Shown: positions 26,980 to 40,198 of the stretch, one piece after another | How positions within the stretch are numbered: position 1 is the first letter of the stretch | Layout: the number at the start of each line of letters is the position of its first letter | Assembly (NCBI GenBank): GCA_001949185.1 | Contig: BDGG01000001.1 | Span: 9,058,464-9,122,463, forward strand | Reading direction: 5' to 3' | DNA length: 64,000 nucleotides | DNA from: Ramazzottius varieornatus | Lineage: Eukaryota > Animalia > Tardigrada | Notes under the pieces: model-generated | What the model was told of the DNA's origin: nothing | Databases searched by the model: none | What the model saw: only the letters and a program-made list of their open reading frames with translations | Made by a program: the position numbers and the translations under genes

Positions 26980-28875
26980 CTAACCGATATCGCCACATCC
27001 AAATGCTCCCGGTGTGCAAGGTGCTGGAGGCTGACCAGTGCCCGTTCCCCCTCCATTGGGTCCACAAGAGGCTGAACCACCCAGGGTGCAGTCGACGTAA
27101 ACGGGCACGGTGGCCAGCGCAGCGCCCGTCGGCCCGCGAGCCGTAACGAAGAGGACGGTGCACTGCTGATTGGCGATGGTGGCGTAGACCAGGCCGGAAG
27201 TGGGGTCGATGCCGAACCTGTTGGCGAATTCCACCGGCAGCGAGTAGGTCAGCCCTGCACATCCATTGGCTTTGACATTGCCAATGGAGGCAAAGTTGCT
27301 ACATCCGGCCGTTTGCTTAAAGACGTAGGGTGACTGTTGGAAGGTGACTTGGCCACAGTTAGCAGGGGGCGTTCCTCCCCCGCCATTTCCTGCAGTACAG
27401 GTGCCGGCGTAAATGTTGACGGGGACGCTGGCGCTGCCTTGTGCGTTGGTGGCAATGACTCTGAAGGTGTAGACAGAATTGGACGTCAGCCCGGGATTAC
27501 CCGTCAGCATGATCATGCCAGCGTTGTTGATGACGAAGGCCGAGTTGGGCGGGTTGATGGAGTAGCTGGTGGCGGCGTTGGCCGTAACAGCTCCCACCGT
27601 CGCTCCAGCCACACAGCTGGCACCCGTGGGGGCAAACGCGTAGTTGCTCCGAGGAAATGTGGGCGTTCCGCCTCCTGCTCCACCAGTGCCTCCATTACAT
27701 GGTGTGGTAATGGTCACCTGGCTGGTGCTGGAACCGAATGAGTTGGTAGCCAGCACGGTGAGGACTTGGGTGGTACAAGGTGTCGGCAACGGGCTTCCCG
27801 TCAGTGTAATGAGGCCTAATAGAAGGACCAAAGAGTCCTTTTGTTTTGTCAGATGTAAAGACGTCTTAGGGGAAGTTACCTGTAGTGGGGTTGATGAGGA
27901 ATCCCGGTGGGTTGCCAATGAGGGAGAAGGTGGTGCCAGCGGGCCTAGTAACGGTAACTTGGCCCACTTGAGCTCCCGGTGCTGAGGTGCTGGGGGTGAA
28001 GGCAAACTGGGGCAGGGTGAAGACGGGAGAGCCCCCTCCGCTGCCGTTCCCGCCTGTGGCGGATCCCGATCCGGATCCCCCGCATGAGGCGATAATATTG
28101 ACGGGGATGGTCGTGGTACCGAAGGGATTGGTGGCCGTCACTTGCATGGTGTACGTTCCGCTACTGATGGGGCGAGCCAGTGTGATTTGGCCATTGCTGG
28201 CAACGAGGAAGGGTGTGCCGGAAGTGGCCGCTCCAAAGACCACGCCGGCAGGGTTGGTGACAGTGACGCTGCCGATAAATGTCCCGATAACAGTGCAGGC
28301 CGCGCTAGACGAGGCTTGAATGACGGTCGGTGTCTGCGTCGCTACCGGAAGTCCCGTCGCCGTACCTGTTTCGTCCCAATATATCACCATTTGTCACATG
28401 TCAGAATATGTTGCTCCTGTTTTTAGAAATTACTCACCAGCTGCGTCCGTCATTGCTTACCTCCGGTGCCTGTACCAGTGCCAGTGCCAGTGCCGGTGCC
28501 TGTACCCGTACCACCAGCGTTACTGCAGGTCACCGTTACTTGAGTTGTAGCGGAGGCGCCGGTGAAGCCTGGTCCAACGTAGGCCGTTACGATGGCCGTC
28601 TGGGGAACGTTGACGTCCAGGAAGTTGATTAGTAAGATCTGCCCATTGTTGGAGTTGACACCCAGATAACGGTTGGCTACGGCGATGGTATAATAGCCGG
28701 CTCCGGGTGCAGAGACCGTGCCAGCGATGGTCCCCGGCACGCATCTGCTGGCTTGGAAGGAGTAAGCTGAATTACCGAATGCCAAGCTGCTGGCTTCTTC
28801 GACCAAGAACGTCGATAGCAGAAGGAAAAGCATCACCAAAGTAGGTCCCCTCAAAACCTTCAACTTGAGTCCCAT
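26980..28875 (-). CDS. Secreted protein with five tandem cadherin-like modules and Gly-rich linkers, 3 exons
   Basis: Exons 28875-28461, 28365-27880, 27815-26980. Signal peptide, then repeated pattern F-x3-Y-x-F...G.VG.V.A...YSI...F.I...G.I.L...V.ATN..G...V.I..C. No TM segment. Confidence 0.8.
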
Positions 28876-29456
28876 TTTCTAACAGCTGCACCAGCACGCA
28901 ACTCACTTTTGATGGGGTGAAAATGTTTTGGACTGACGCATCTCCTGGCTGAAATTTGAAACGCGAAGGTATATTAAGAAAATTCTCTTGCTAATATTAT
29001 CAACCTTTGTTGTGGATTACAATGCGGCGCTTTTTTTGTAACTGATTTTCTTTTGACAGGGTAGCAAGTTCCGTTACACAACAATGAAGGCTCACGAGGG
29101 CTTCTTTACTGGATAACAACGGGAAGGCAAGAAAACGAAGGAGAAGAAAAGGCTGGAAAAGGCGCTGTCAGCAAATGTGGCCGTATTGTTTTCTGCCACT
29201 TCTACGTACGTCATTTCGCTATTTGGGCTTGGCAGGTGCCATCAACAAAATAGCGAAGACGCCAGCGTATCCGGATGGCTAAAAAGGGACAAAGGTGGAG
29301 GAAGCGGCTTCCAAGACCACAGAAGGTAAACATGCAGCGGGACGTACAAGCCTGAGCTAGTAGCTGTAGCATTCGAAGCCCACTCTATCTAAGACAAAAG
29401 GCCATGATCAGAATACTTGTGGACCAATGATGCGGTCAGGAAGTAGTATGTAGGAC

Positions 29457-30520
29457 TTACGGAAGGGCGCCTTGATTGGAGGAGCGAGAAGTTTGATTCA
29501 GGACTTTGCCATTGTCGAAGGTCGTGACCGTTTCCGTCCCGTTCTCCACAACACTGGCAAGAGGCAGAGGCGCCAAGTGCAGGGCCAAGGAGTTAAGGTT
29601 AGTTGATAGAAAGTTGGCTGCTTACGTTTTGGTTGTGATGGTTCGTCCATTGATGATTTGTGTTGAGACGCGGGTGGAGCTGACATTGATGGGTCGAATG
29701 GTGCCGGCGTTACCGCTAGAGCGGGCCGGCGGGTAGGGCCCACTAGCCATACCAGCTATACTGCCGTTCTGTCCTCCACGCAGGTCGAAGAAACCACCTC
29801 CCATGACGTTATCAATACCGGCATTGGAGAAGAACTCACGGAACAGTTCGAAGGGGTCGCGAGTCATTCCAAAGTGTTCGAATAGAGGGTCGTCGTCGTC
29901 AGAGTCTGAGGCGTAGGCTGTGAAGGTCCGACCGCCGCTGTTGGCCGTCCGGAAAAGATTGTAGTTGGGAACGGAAGAACGGCTGGTGGCTGTGAAGCGG
30001 CCCGAAGAGCTAGCTGCAGCCGTAGGTCGCGTTCCCGTTGATTTCGTCGGCACTCGGTTACCTCGCTTCATCTCGTCATACTCCCTCCGCCGGCTACCTG
30101 CAAGATAGTTGGCATCACTACCAGCCCTCCATTAAGTACCTCACCGTTGCTGCCATTATAGTTAGTGTTAATGGTGGCTTGTAAGCACCTACTGTCGCTC
30201 AGCACCTCGTAAGCCCGACTGATGTCCTGAAACTTCTTCTTGGCCGCCTCCGAGTTACCATTCTTGTCAGGGTGCCATCTTAAAGCATTCTTGCGGTACC
30301 TTCAGAAAGCGCCACCAGAAGCACAGTTAGACAAAATCTGCCCACTGTGTTTGTCGTTGGAAGGTAAAGGCACCTCCTCATCATTAGGCTAGCAATAGGC
30401 ATGTTTATACATGAGTAAAGCAGTGCAGCGGCAGACTACGCCGTACAGTACTTACGCCTGCTTGATTTCTTCGGCAGTAGCTGTATTCTTCAAGCCCAGG
30501 ATGAGATAGAAATCAGTCAT
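29457..30520 (-). CDS. Class B J-domain protein, DNAJB6/8-like, 4 exons
   Basis: [10 protein letters not shown]...[13 protein letters not shown]...[13 protein letters not shown] (HPD motif). G/F region [12 protein letters not shown]-terminus [29 protein letters not shown]. Confidence 0.9.
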
Positions 30521-30856
30521 ATCCGGCCCTGTTGTATACCCGTCACAGTCTTAAGCTTGACAGAAGGATGTCGCTGCTGAGGCAAGAGAAAAGTGTGATG
30601 TTATCGACCAAGGCACATCCTTCGATCCTCCGGTTAGTGTCCACTATGTAGTGTGCTATTTGCAATCTTCATTGTAGGACTAACAGATCAGGGATGGGCA
30701 AATTGCACAGAAGAAGTTGAAGTGCGATACTCCAGATAGTCCAGCCAGTAACAATACGTCAAGTCTGTCAACAATGCTACCGCTCCCTCCCTCAAGGCAT
30801 ATTATACTTTTTAGCGCATACTTAGCAACAATATCAATGTGGAGGGCAAAATGAGG

Positions 30857-31348
30857 CTAGCAGCTTCTACTTTGCAAAAGTTGGCTGAGAGGTATTAGGG
30901 CTAGGGTAACTCCCAGAAGGGAGAAGGAGATATTCTTGGCCACCGCGCTGTTGGGGTCGGTGGATTGCTGGTTGGTCGAGGCGGTCCCGTGGGAGGAAGG
31001 AGCGCCGGCTGTATCATGGCCAGCGTTGGCACTGCCACTTCCTTGTCCGCTGTTCTGCCCATTCTGCCCCTGCCAGTACTTGTCGTCGGTCTGGCCGTTG
31101 GCTTGATAGACGCCTCCATTGTACTGCCCATTGCTGCTCCCAGACTGGCCAGCCCACATTTCTTGACTGTTTTGCCCGTTGCCCATCATGTCCGTCGACA
31201 TTCGTCCGTTATTGTACATGCCGGCACCTGTCGTCAGGCCTTGGTTGGCGTTACTTCCGTGTCCTAAATCAACGAAGCAAGCTCCTGCTGATAACTAGGT
31301 AATTTTCCTGTGCAGTCAGCTAACGCCAAATTGGTCAAAATTACTACC

Positions 31349-31379
<31 letters not shown>

Positions 31380-31573
31380 TGTTGTTGCATCTGCTGCTGC
31401 CAGCCAGCGGATGTGGCGCCTTGGTTGCCGTTCCAGGATGGATAGTTTTGGGAAGACTGGGTGTACTGCAACTGAGGCTGCGTGGCGTACTGCTGTCCGT
31501 GCTGATCGTGACTTTGACCGTTAACCAGCGTAACCAGCAGGGCTGTCCAAAGAAGTGCCGCTTCCGCTAACAT
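30857..31573 (-). CDS. Secreted, probably GPI-anchored Gln/Gly/Asn-rich low-complexity protein, 2 exons
   Basis: Signal peptide MLAEAALLWTALLVTLVNG, polyQ tract, Q/G/N/S/Y-rich body and hydrophobic C-terminal tail (ISFSLLGVTLALIPLSQLL). In-frame phase-1 intron at about 31265-31348. Confidence 0.75.
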
Positions 31574-32340
31574 TTTCGAGGGACAATTGGCGAACGAGGA
31601 GCCGAAGTCAACTGTCTGGGAACCCCAAAGGAAGATTATGGCGCAATCGATTCGCCTACTTTCTTGCCAGTTCAAATCTTGTTAAAGCAGTATAGACTGC
31701 TCCGTAAAGAAGTCACAGTGGTTGACTGTTAAAAGTTAAGAAGGGCGTACTTGTCAAGGCCGAAGAAGCGACAACAAAAGGATTACGAACTGCTATAGTA
31801 GGCATGAACGAGCTTAGCTTCAGAGTCGCAGAAAGCTGAAGCATATAAGCATAGATTAAGGGACCTTCAGTGGGCGGTAGACCTGCGCATCGTTAATACG
31901 ATATTATTGACTTTTGATCGTTTTCCATGATTCAGGAGGACTGTTTTCCCAGTGGCATCTTTTGATGGTAAGCGAAGGGCAACAACAAAGTGCTGCGCTA
32001 AGGACAACTCTTTGATGGGCAAGTGATTCGCAGCAGCAAAACACCTACCGTGACAGAGGCTCTCAATGGAAGGGTAAATATTCGGCTTGCCGATAGGTCA
32101 ACACTGACTTGTTCGCTGTGCTGGCACTACAAACACAACATACCCCATTCTGCTTCCGCCTCGTCATGACTGGCTTCCTCTCCGGCGCTGGGAACTTGTC
32201 TGACTACTGGCTCGCTGTCTAATAAAATGCCGGAAATGCTGGCCGACCCGACGTCACATGACCGGTCTTACCATTGATTAATGCTGTAACGCACCGTGAC
32301 ATCGGGTTGGCAATCACTTTCGATATTGTGTAAAAGAGTG

Positions 32341-32545
32341 GCGGAAGTTATGGAACGACCGAGTGCTGCCATCTGGCGCAATATAATATAGCTTGACCAT
32401 TGATCAAGATGTAAATTGGTAGGCTCTGTTATATTTATGAGAGGCGCAGATTAGAAGGCATCCATTGACGTCATCGCGGTATGCTGTGCAGCTTACTGAT
32501 GCTGAAGTTATCGATCGTTTCATCTGCTGCACCCATTTGACGTCA
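32341..32545 (+). promoter_or_regulatory. Putative RUNDC1 promoter with ETS-like and two CRE motifs
   Basis: GCGGAAGT at 32341 and TGACGTCA at 32466 and 32538, upstream of candidate non-coding first exons. Confidence 0.45.
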
Positions 32546-33027
32546 CCAGTAAACCATGCGCATTAATCGGCATTTTGGGCTGTGGGCAACGGGGCAAGGT
32601 TCCTCAAAAGTCTGGGGTCATAGCGTAGAGGCACAGCTGATGAACTTTGAGAAGGGCAAGGGAACGTTTCTGGTTTTTCTTGAAGATTCTCGGCCTCCAC
32701 ATGGTAAGCCCCGACCCCTACCCTTGGGCTTCCCTGCCCCCTGCCTAAATTTCCTCGACTATGCCTCTACGCCGTGACCCCCGACTTCTGAGGAACTTTG
32801 CCCAGACTCCATTTGCCATTTTCGCCAGAAGAACAGCTGTTGACTTTCTTCTCTGCTTCTTCGTTTCCCTAAGGTGTTGTCGGTACTGGTGGAAATTGCA
32901 CCGGGTTGATTCTGGATGAACATGTCGTAGCGATACTGGACAGTGATAATTTAGAAGGTGAGTGAGCAGATGTCCGGCAATGAGTGTAGGTAAATAATTA
33001 TCGGTTTATTTTTTCAGGTCTGGAAGA

Positions 33028-35555
33028 ATGATGCAAGAAGTGCCAGTCAACGAGGATGGACATCAATGGGCATCCTTCTCCTCCTTTGATTTTACCCAGC
33101 TGCCGAAGAACGACAAGAAGGGCGGAGTGGTAGAGTGTCTAGAGTGCCCTCCGAAAGTGGACCAGGACCAAGCCTTGCTCCAGCTGGAAGATGTCTGGAT
33201 CAATCTTGACCAGCAAAGTCTGCCCAGTGACATGGAGTACAGCCAACAAACGGAGCACAGTGAGGCTAAAGAGATGGACTTGTACAGTGAACGAATGCAG
33301 GAGATGGAGGAACAGCAAGAGATGCTCAATTCTTCGCTTTTGTCCTTAACCACGCACTTTGCGCAAGTGCAATTCCGACTTAAACAAATTAGCTCGACCG
33401 CCGATCCCGAAACCAAAGAGGCAAGTTTCATTTCAACGGCGAATTGTGGGGTAGAGTGATCATTGCTGTTGTGATTGGCAGGCGCTGCTGAAAGATCTAG
33501 AAAGGTTTGCCTTTGAAGGCGTCCCGGAAATTGCGCCACTGTCGCCCCAGTCTCCCAAGTCCTCTGGCCGACGGTCTATCGGCAGCTCGGACTTTGGCGT
33601 GGAAGAGAACGAGGAGAAGAGTGAGGTGTATACCAAGCAGGTGATGGAGACGAAAGACTTGATCACACGCTTGCAGAAACAGTTGACGGAAGTGGAACAG
33701 TGGGCATACGAGGTAAGCTGGCATCGCGACATGGACCTGCACACACACAAGGCTGCACTCAGTTCGCTGTATGCAGGTCCCCGTCGCAGTCGGAGCTGTC
33801 GCACCGTCTGGCAAGACAAACCTGCATACCCTGTTGTTTCTGACGTTCTATATCGGCCCCATTTTGTCATACTCTAAAACCTCCATCTGTTACAGAGCGG
33901 ACAGTCGGAAGCTCCATCGTTATCGGTGTTGAAGAACCAGAAGCTGATTCTGGATACACTACGAGAGCGTGTCAAGCTGAGCGTGGATGGGTACGAGCAG
34001 CTGTCCGATGAGGAAATGCGTGTCAAAGTTGATCAAGCTGTCGAATCGGTGGGTGCTTCGTCCTCTCCAGCACAGCTTCATTTAGTAGCCCAGTCTTGAG
34101 AGCTTTTTGTCGACAGATCATTGTGCCATTCCGTCAGAAGGAGATGGCCCAAGAAAAGACAGTAGAACGATTACAGACGTTCGTCCACGATTTGGAACGC
34201 TACGTTCAGCATCTACAAGGTACGAAACCCAATCTGAAAAGTTATTATTTCATCGAGATTGCTTATGGTACAGGACAAGTGAACAAAGCCAGCGTCGACA
34301 GTCCAAAGAAGTCAACGAAGAAGCAAAATGGCAAAGAGGCGACTAATGAGGACGAACCCTCGACTATGCAGTCCTTGTCGGGGACGCGAGAGCCAGTCGA
34401 CCCGCGCAGTCGTGCCAGCGTCGGCACCCTCTTTGACCGTGCCTATAACGTCCTGCACTTTTTCGCTCTAATAAACTGGACAGGCTGCCTACGGGATGGC
34501 CGGAGGTACGGTAGTAGCAATGGCGCCTTCCATCGCAATACGATGAAGAGGACGGTGAAGGGCAACCACTGGGGAGACTCACGAGCTGCCCTGCAAGTAG
34601 CCATCGGTCGCCTGCTGGAAGCATGCAAGAGTCAACCGGTGCTAAATCGTGGAAAGAAAGGCCGTAAAGAAGTGGTGGTGGAAGAAGATGCGCTGGTAGT
34701 CAGGCTGGTCAGGAAGGACTTGGCGGCGGCCTTGATGGACCTCATGAGGCATGGCTTGATGCAGGTCAGCGCCTTCCTTCACTCTCTCAATAGTCATGTC
34801 TTACTTAGGGTTTTCACTTGTGTTTCAGCTCAGCAACGATAGCAGTTTAGTGCCTCGAATGATGCTGTGTACTTCACCAAGAAGCGACGAGCCTGTCGAA
34901 CTTCACCCTTGGGACTTTCTCATAAAGTATTACGCCTACAAGGTACCTTCTTCCTTCCTCACTATAAGCTTTCTGATATGAACTATACTTGCAAAACCAC
35001 CCTTTCAGTCTGGCTATAATGCGGTGCTCATTTTGCAGCGTGGAAAAGAGTTTAACTGTTCAGCGACCAAGAAGCTATCGGACAGTTTTCAGTTGTCGAG
35101 GGTGGGGGCGACAGTGCTGACACCTGTCGACCAGCTTCTTAGCCTACTGGGCACCATCCTCGATTCCCATCAAAAGTTCCAGACTAGCTCCACCATGCTC
35201 TTCCGCGCCTTCCTCTGCGCAGCTCTCAAGTATGCCAACATTCACACATGTCTCAATCGACGATCCATGTTAATGGGTCTGTCTTTGCAGTCGACAGTGT
35301 CTGTCAACATGGCTGCGCCTCATTTACTGTACGAAACCGCTGGTTGATGAGTACTACATGCCCTGGAGTTATGCCATCAAAACTCGTAAGAATGTCCCTT
35401 TCTCCCCTTCAAGAGATTATCATTAGAGAATAGTATCGTTCTTTATAGATTTCGAAGATGCTTGCCAGTCTTTGGAAGGTCTTCAGGCCTACACTTTCAA
35501 TCTACCCACTGATTTGGCCATACGCTCTTTCTCGGCTTTGGACGAAGCCTTCTAG
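33028..35555 (+). CDS. RUNDC1: RUN domain-containing protein 1
   Basis: EQQEMLNSSLLSLTTHFAQVQFRLKQI, LLKDLERFAFEG, NHWGDSRAALQVAI, VRKDLAAALMDLMRHGL, HPWDFLIKYYAYK, KLSDSFQL, FRAFLCAAL, LPTDLAIR. Multi-exon. Confidence 0.9.
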
Positions 35556-36554
35556 TCGACTGGTGCTTCTAGTCTCACCTGTGATAAACTACATTTCCGC
35601 TTTCACCAAAGTTTTTATCGGTCGTCTCTCAGTTCTAACGAACAAATAATTTTGTTCTTGTTTTATGAAAATACCAAAGTATATCCTCCTCCAATACCTG
35701 TGTTGGGCTCTTCTTACAGAGACTTCTTGCGCTTGAAAGTAAGCTCGACAGCGGTCGGGCAAGCGTATAACTTTATGGCATGGTCATAGTCAAGGAAGCG
35801 GGGAAAGTGGACATTTAGGGTGCTTGCCGAAGGTGGTAATGGTGGGTGTTTTGCTGTTGCACTTGGCTACCTTCCACCATCGACTATGCAAATGGTGAGT
35901 GCAAGAGACTGTGGGTACGTGGGTTGAGCGATCAGTTTCAAGACTGTCGTGTCTGCATGCCGGGCCGGCTGAAGGTAGCGCGACACATACGCCACCGGAA
36001 GTCAGTCAAGCTCGTCGTGCCAAGCTACCTTCCTTCCTTTTCTACCAAAACACGGCGCGCCACAGCTACTCTTTAAACCAGTATAAACAAAGGCTGAAGA
36101 CAAGAAAAAACGCCATTGAAGCTATCTATTGGCTATCCAACTTATCCACTCCATCAATCAGCATAAGCTCAATCGGCTACTTGCACTTGCGACGGATTTT
36201 TATCTGCCGTGCCTTCAATTTGCTATGAGCCTTTGATCAACTTGTTGAACATCCATTCCAGTGAACAAAGTGCAATGTTGAAGGCTTCAGACGCTTTCCG
36301 CCGTCCATTTACCATCGACCAGAGAATGAGCTGGTCATGAGACCTGATCATTCTACAGTGTCGACCCTCACGTGAGTGAATACTCCACTAACACTTTTTT
36401 TATTACCTCATTCGTTTTCCGCCATTATTCGGGAATCTATTACCTGCCCCGCCCCTCGCTTTCACGGAGATTGTTTGTTCCGCTTTCTTGCTGTGATACC
36501 TGTCTGTCGTTGAAGTCTGTGTGGTCGTCCCATCGAGAGTTATCATTGTCGACA

Positions 36555-37056
36555 ATGTCGTCGCCATGGTCCGTTGTTCTGTTGGTCCTGTGTCTGACCA
36601 TCGGTAAGTCGTTTCCTCTCTCCCGCAAAAGCTGCAAAGGCATTCAAACAGTATTCAGATTGGGAAACAGACTGTTGAATAGGGAAAAGTGTGCTGTAAG
36701 TTTAGCTTTTCTGGGCTGCTGTAGGTGTAGTGTATGGGCAAATGTTGCCGGTGTCGAGCGGGACAGGGATGAACTATGGTGACTGGATGAACATGGCCTC
36801 GCAGTTCTCCATGTACAAGGGCGACGGCGTGGCCTTCCAGATGAACCCTTACCTCAACCTCTACAACCCCTACAACGTCCAGAACGGCCTGGCTGGCGTC
36901 AACGGTTATCCCTTCATCTATGCTGGTAATCGCGGCAACCGCGGACCGCAGTACAACCAGCTGAGCCAGTACGGCCTAACCTTTCCCCAGTTGTATGGCA
37001 CCTTTGGTGTCAACGGTTATCCCTTCCGTAGCGCCCAAGATCCTACGCAGAAATAA
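36555..37056 (+). CDS. Small secreted Tyr/Gly/Asn-rich protein, 2 exons
   Basis: Exons 36555-36603 and 36725-37056. Signal peptide MSSPWSVVLLVLCLTIGVVYG, strongly C/G-ending codons, GVNGYPF motif present twice. Confidence 0.8.
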
Positions 37057-37799
37057 CATGATAAAAGTTACTTGCCTGTCTGGTTAACCGACGTATGTAC
37101 TAGTACGTGATTTGTCTACCCATCTTGACTTATCTCTTGCCCTCTTCCTCTTAAATGCATTTCATAATCCTGATGTGTCACTTTACCTCGTTGATCAACG
37201 ATAACAATGCACATGCTTACACCTTCTTCGAGCACGCACATGGAGTATAGAGCAAAGTCTTGCCTTCAAACGAGAAGGCCGACAAAGTTTCCTGTGTCAG
37301 TTATCCTTTTTGTGCTGCCTGTGGGGGACGCATCATGGCCATGTGCCTGCAAGGAAACAGACCATAACAGAAGGCCCGCCAACTGTTTTGTCGGAAAAGT
37401 ACTCTTGATATATGTAGTCGATAATGGCATCATAATTACTGTACGTTCGGGCCGTAGTGCGTATAGCGTGGCCATGTCCAGGGTAAGTCGGTCTGTCCCC
37501 TCTTTCGGCACTTTCAGTAGAAGAAAGTAGGATATCGCCTTCCGCCAAGCAAATAAAGCGAGCTAGTGCGACTGCCGCAAGGCAGCAACTTTACTCGTGC
37601 CTTCACTGACTTCTCTGCTTTTCCTTCATCTATTCCATAACTGTAGTCTGAGGCTTTAATCTCCTTCGATGTAGCCAGCTGTTGTAACCGAAGAAAACAG
37701 CAACAACATGGAAATGTGATCTCCCTAATGTTTCCCGGAAGAATCCCCCGCAAAAGTCGCGCTAATGTGACCATTCCAATCTTACCTGCAATTTGTACG

Positions 37800-39412
37800 A
37801 TGGCACGTCGATCCAGCGATCCATCTGTGCTGCTCAGCCTACCCTTCCTACTCACAGGTATGTGCCTCCTTTTCTGTATTGTAGTGATCATTGCAGTGAC
37901 GTCAGTAAGGAATCTTGTCAGTTAAAATCGTGAGACTTGACCGGTCCAGCTGGCTTTGCACACTCCGGTTTCTATTGACGGCGGTTTATTGTTGTTTTCT
38001 ACTGCAATCGAAAACAGAGCCGTCTTCCGAATTCCCGCTAGTAAAACGTTAACTGTTCCGCTTTTGTAGGGCTGTATTTACTACCAAAGACAGAACTAAA
38101 AACCTTACCTGCGCTGAGCGAGGCAGAATTCGTCTTGTACCCGTTGAAAGGTAGCAGAGATTGGTTGGATGCCTGGCTGACATGTCGACGCTTCAAGCTG
38201 CAGCTAGCCATCATCCTGTCGGTGGAAGAGAACAAGCTGGTGGAAGATTTGCTCTTTGAACGCAACAGCCAGGTCAGCTCGGAGGTGCCGGTCATGTCCG
38301 GCTGGTTGAACTTGCGAAGAGGCATACCGTTCGTCGAAGGGGAATGGGATAACGGCTGTTCAACTACTTTCACCGCCTTCCGCGGCCTGGATTTTCACGG
38401 TGATCCAGGCTGTGCCTACATTGGTCCGGATGGTCTGTGGGACATCAAGAGATGCGTTGGAGAAGTCGACTTTGCTGTCTGCGAAAACCGAACGGGTAGG
38501 CTGTTGCACTAGGAATGAATCTGCAGGCTGGAGCTGTATTGCTACTTAGTAGCTTGTATAATGTGTTCGTCGTATAACATGACGAAACGACATGATGTGA
38601 TGTGACCTGACATTACCCGACAGCGCGGTTTTTCCTCTGTGTCATGCAGGCGTCTGTGAACGGTTTCCGGTGGATAAGAGTGGAACTTGCCCCGATGGCT
38701 TTTCGCACCGTTGTGGACAGCACTGCTACTGGCTTAGCACGGAAATGGACATTGACTACGGAGAATTTGATAACGATAACGACGCTCGGACCAATCGCAC
38801 ATTCCCCACCAGTAAACTCTCGTTCGACTTGGCGGAGAAGCAGTGTCGCTCACTTAGTGGTACTCTGCTGCAGCTTCTTCCGGAGGAGGAGCTGGCATGT
38901 CTTCGCAGCAGTCTTCTGGCTTTTCTTCCCGCATATACCAACGACAGCTTGGAAGTTTTGTACTGGACAGCCGACAACAGTTCTCTCAACCATACTGACG
39001 GTTCACCGGTAAACTTTGCTCATGGCTTATCCGTGGCTTGAGTTCCGCGTTTTTCATGGTAAAACTTGACTTTTATCATGCTCTTGTCTTGGCTTTTCAG
39101 GGGGAAGCAACGAACGAATGCAGTGTCCGTGACCAGGACGGGACCGCAAAGAAAGCACCGTGTCAAGAAGTCCACAATTACGTTTGCCAGTCGCAAGTCC
39201 TCCACCGAACGGTGATAGAGAAGGACAATGCAGCCGAGAAGCGCCTGAAATTCATCGTTGCTGTCAGCATTGTCTGTTTGGCCAGTCTTTCCTTCGGCTG
39301 CTTCCTTTTCATAAATGCTTATGTTTGCTGTAAGAGACATCCTTCTGGTTACACGCCCGGTGCAAGAAAGCGATATCCGACAATCTCTCGAAATATTGAT
39401 GATACCGACTGA
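37800..39412 (+). CDS. Type I membrane protein with two C-type-lectin-like domains
   Basis: WLDAWLTC...LAIILSVEEN...GWLNL...CAYI...WDIKRC...FAVCE, then CPDGF..CGQHCYW...SFDLAEKQC...YWT...APC...NYVCQ. TM segment FIVAVSIVCLASLSFGCFLFINAYVCC. Confidence 0.82.
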
Positions 39413-40198
39413 TGGTGGCAGATCTCAGTTTTCTAGACCAGCAACTTCTTTTCTTATACGTATAACCATGTCAGTATCGCTCTCTCTGAACAGCCGAACA
39501 TCTTTACTCATCGGCAAACAGGATTAAGAGGTTTTTGAAAAACTTCTCATTCGTCTGGGCAAAATATCAACTGACACTTTAGCTATTTTCGAATATTAAC
39601 TAACCACAATAGTAACTTTCCAGACTATAGTTTTACACAATGATTGACCAACCATGAATATTAACCGACCAATATATCGCTCGACCAAGGGCATTATAAC
39701 TCTCAACGGCTCTTGCTAACCCCTTTGAATATCTTTAAAATAAACTTCAGTTTCATATAAGCGTCGTTCGAAAGCGTCACGGTTGGTAAAACTCTTCCGA
39801 AGTTACGGATATGACGCAATGACTACGGCGTTTTGCACAATCGGGAATGTGAGCAAACGGTACTTAAATCAATTATTCACATGGCTGGTTCACCTGGTTG
39901 TTATATAAGTCAGTTAACATGTTGGCCACGCGATACTCAGGGTCGGCATTGTGGTCAAACGATATTTTGAACAGGTACCCTTCCCCATGCTCTGGCGCTA
40001 TACCCGAGCTGGGCACCATGGCTAGTACGTGAATGTTGTATTTTGATGAGGGCATTAGCGGAAGAAGGAAAGGCTGGTCCAAAGGCAAACTTCAAGTTTT
40101 GCCATTACGATGAGCTGACGCAGAGTTGCCGCTGTCTGTGGCCGGTGTTTTTGACGACCTCAATTTCGCCCCACAGGAGTAATTGTCGTAAAAGCTGA

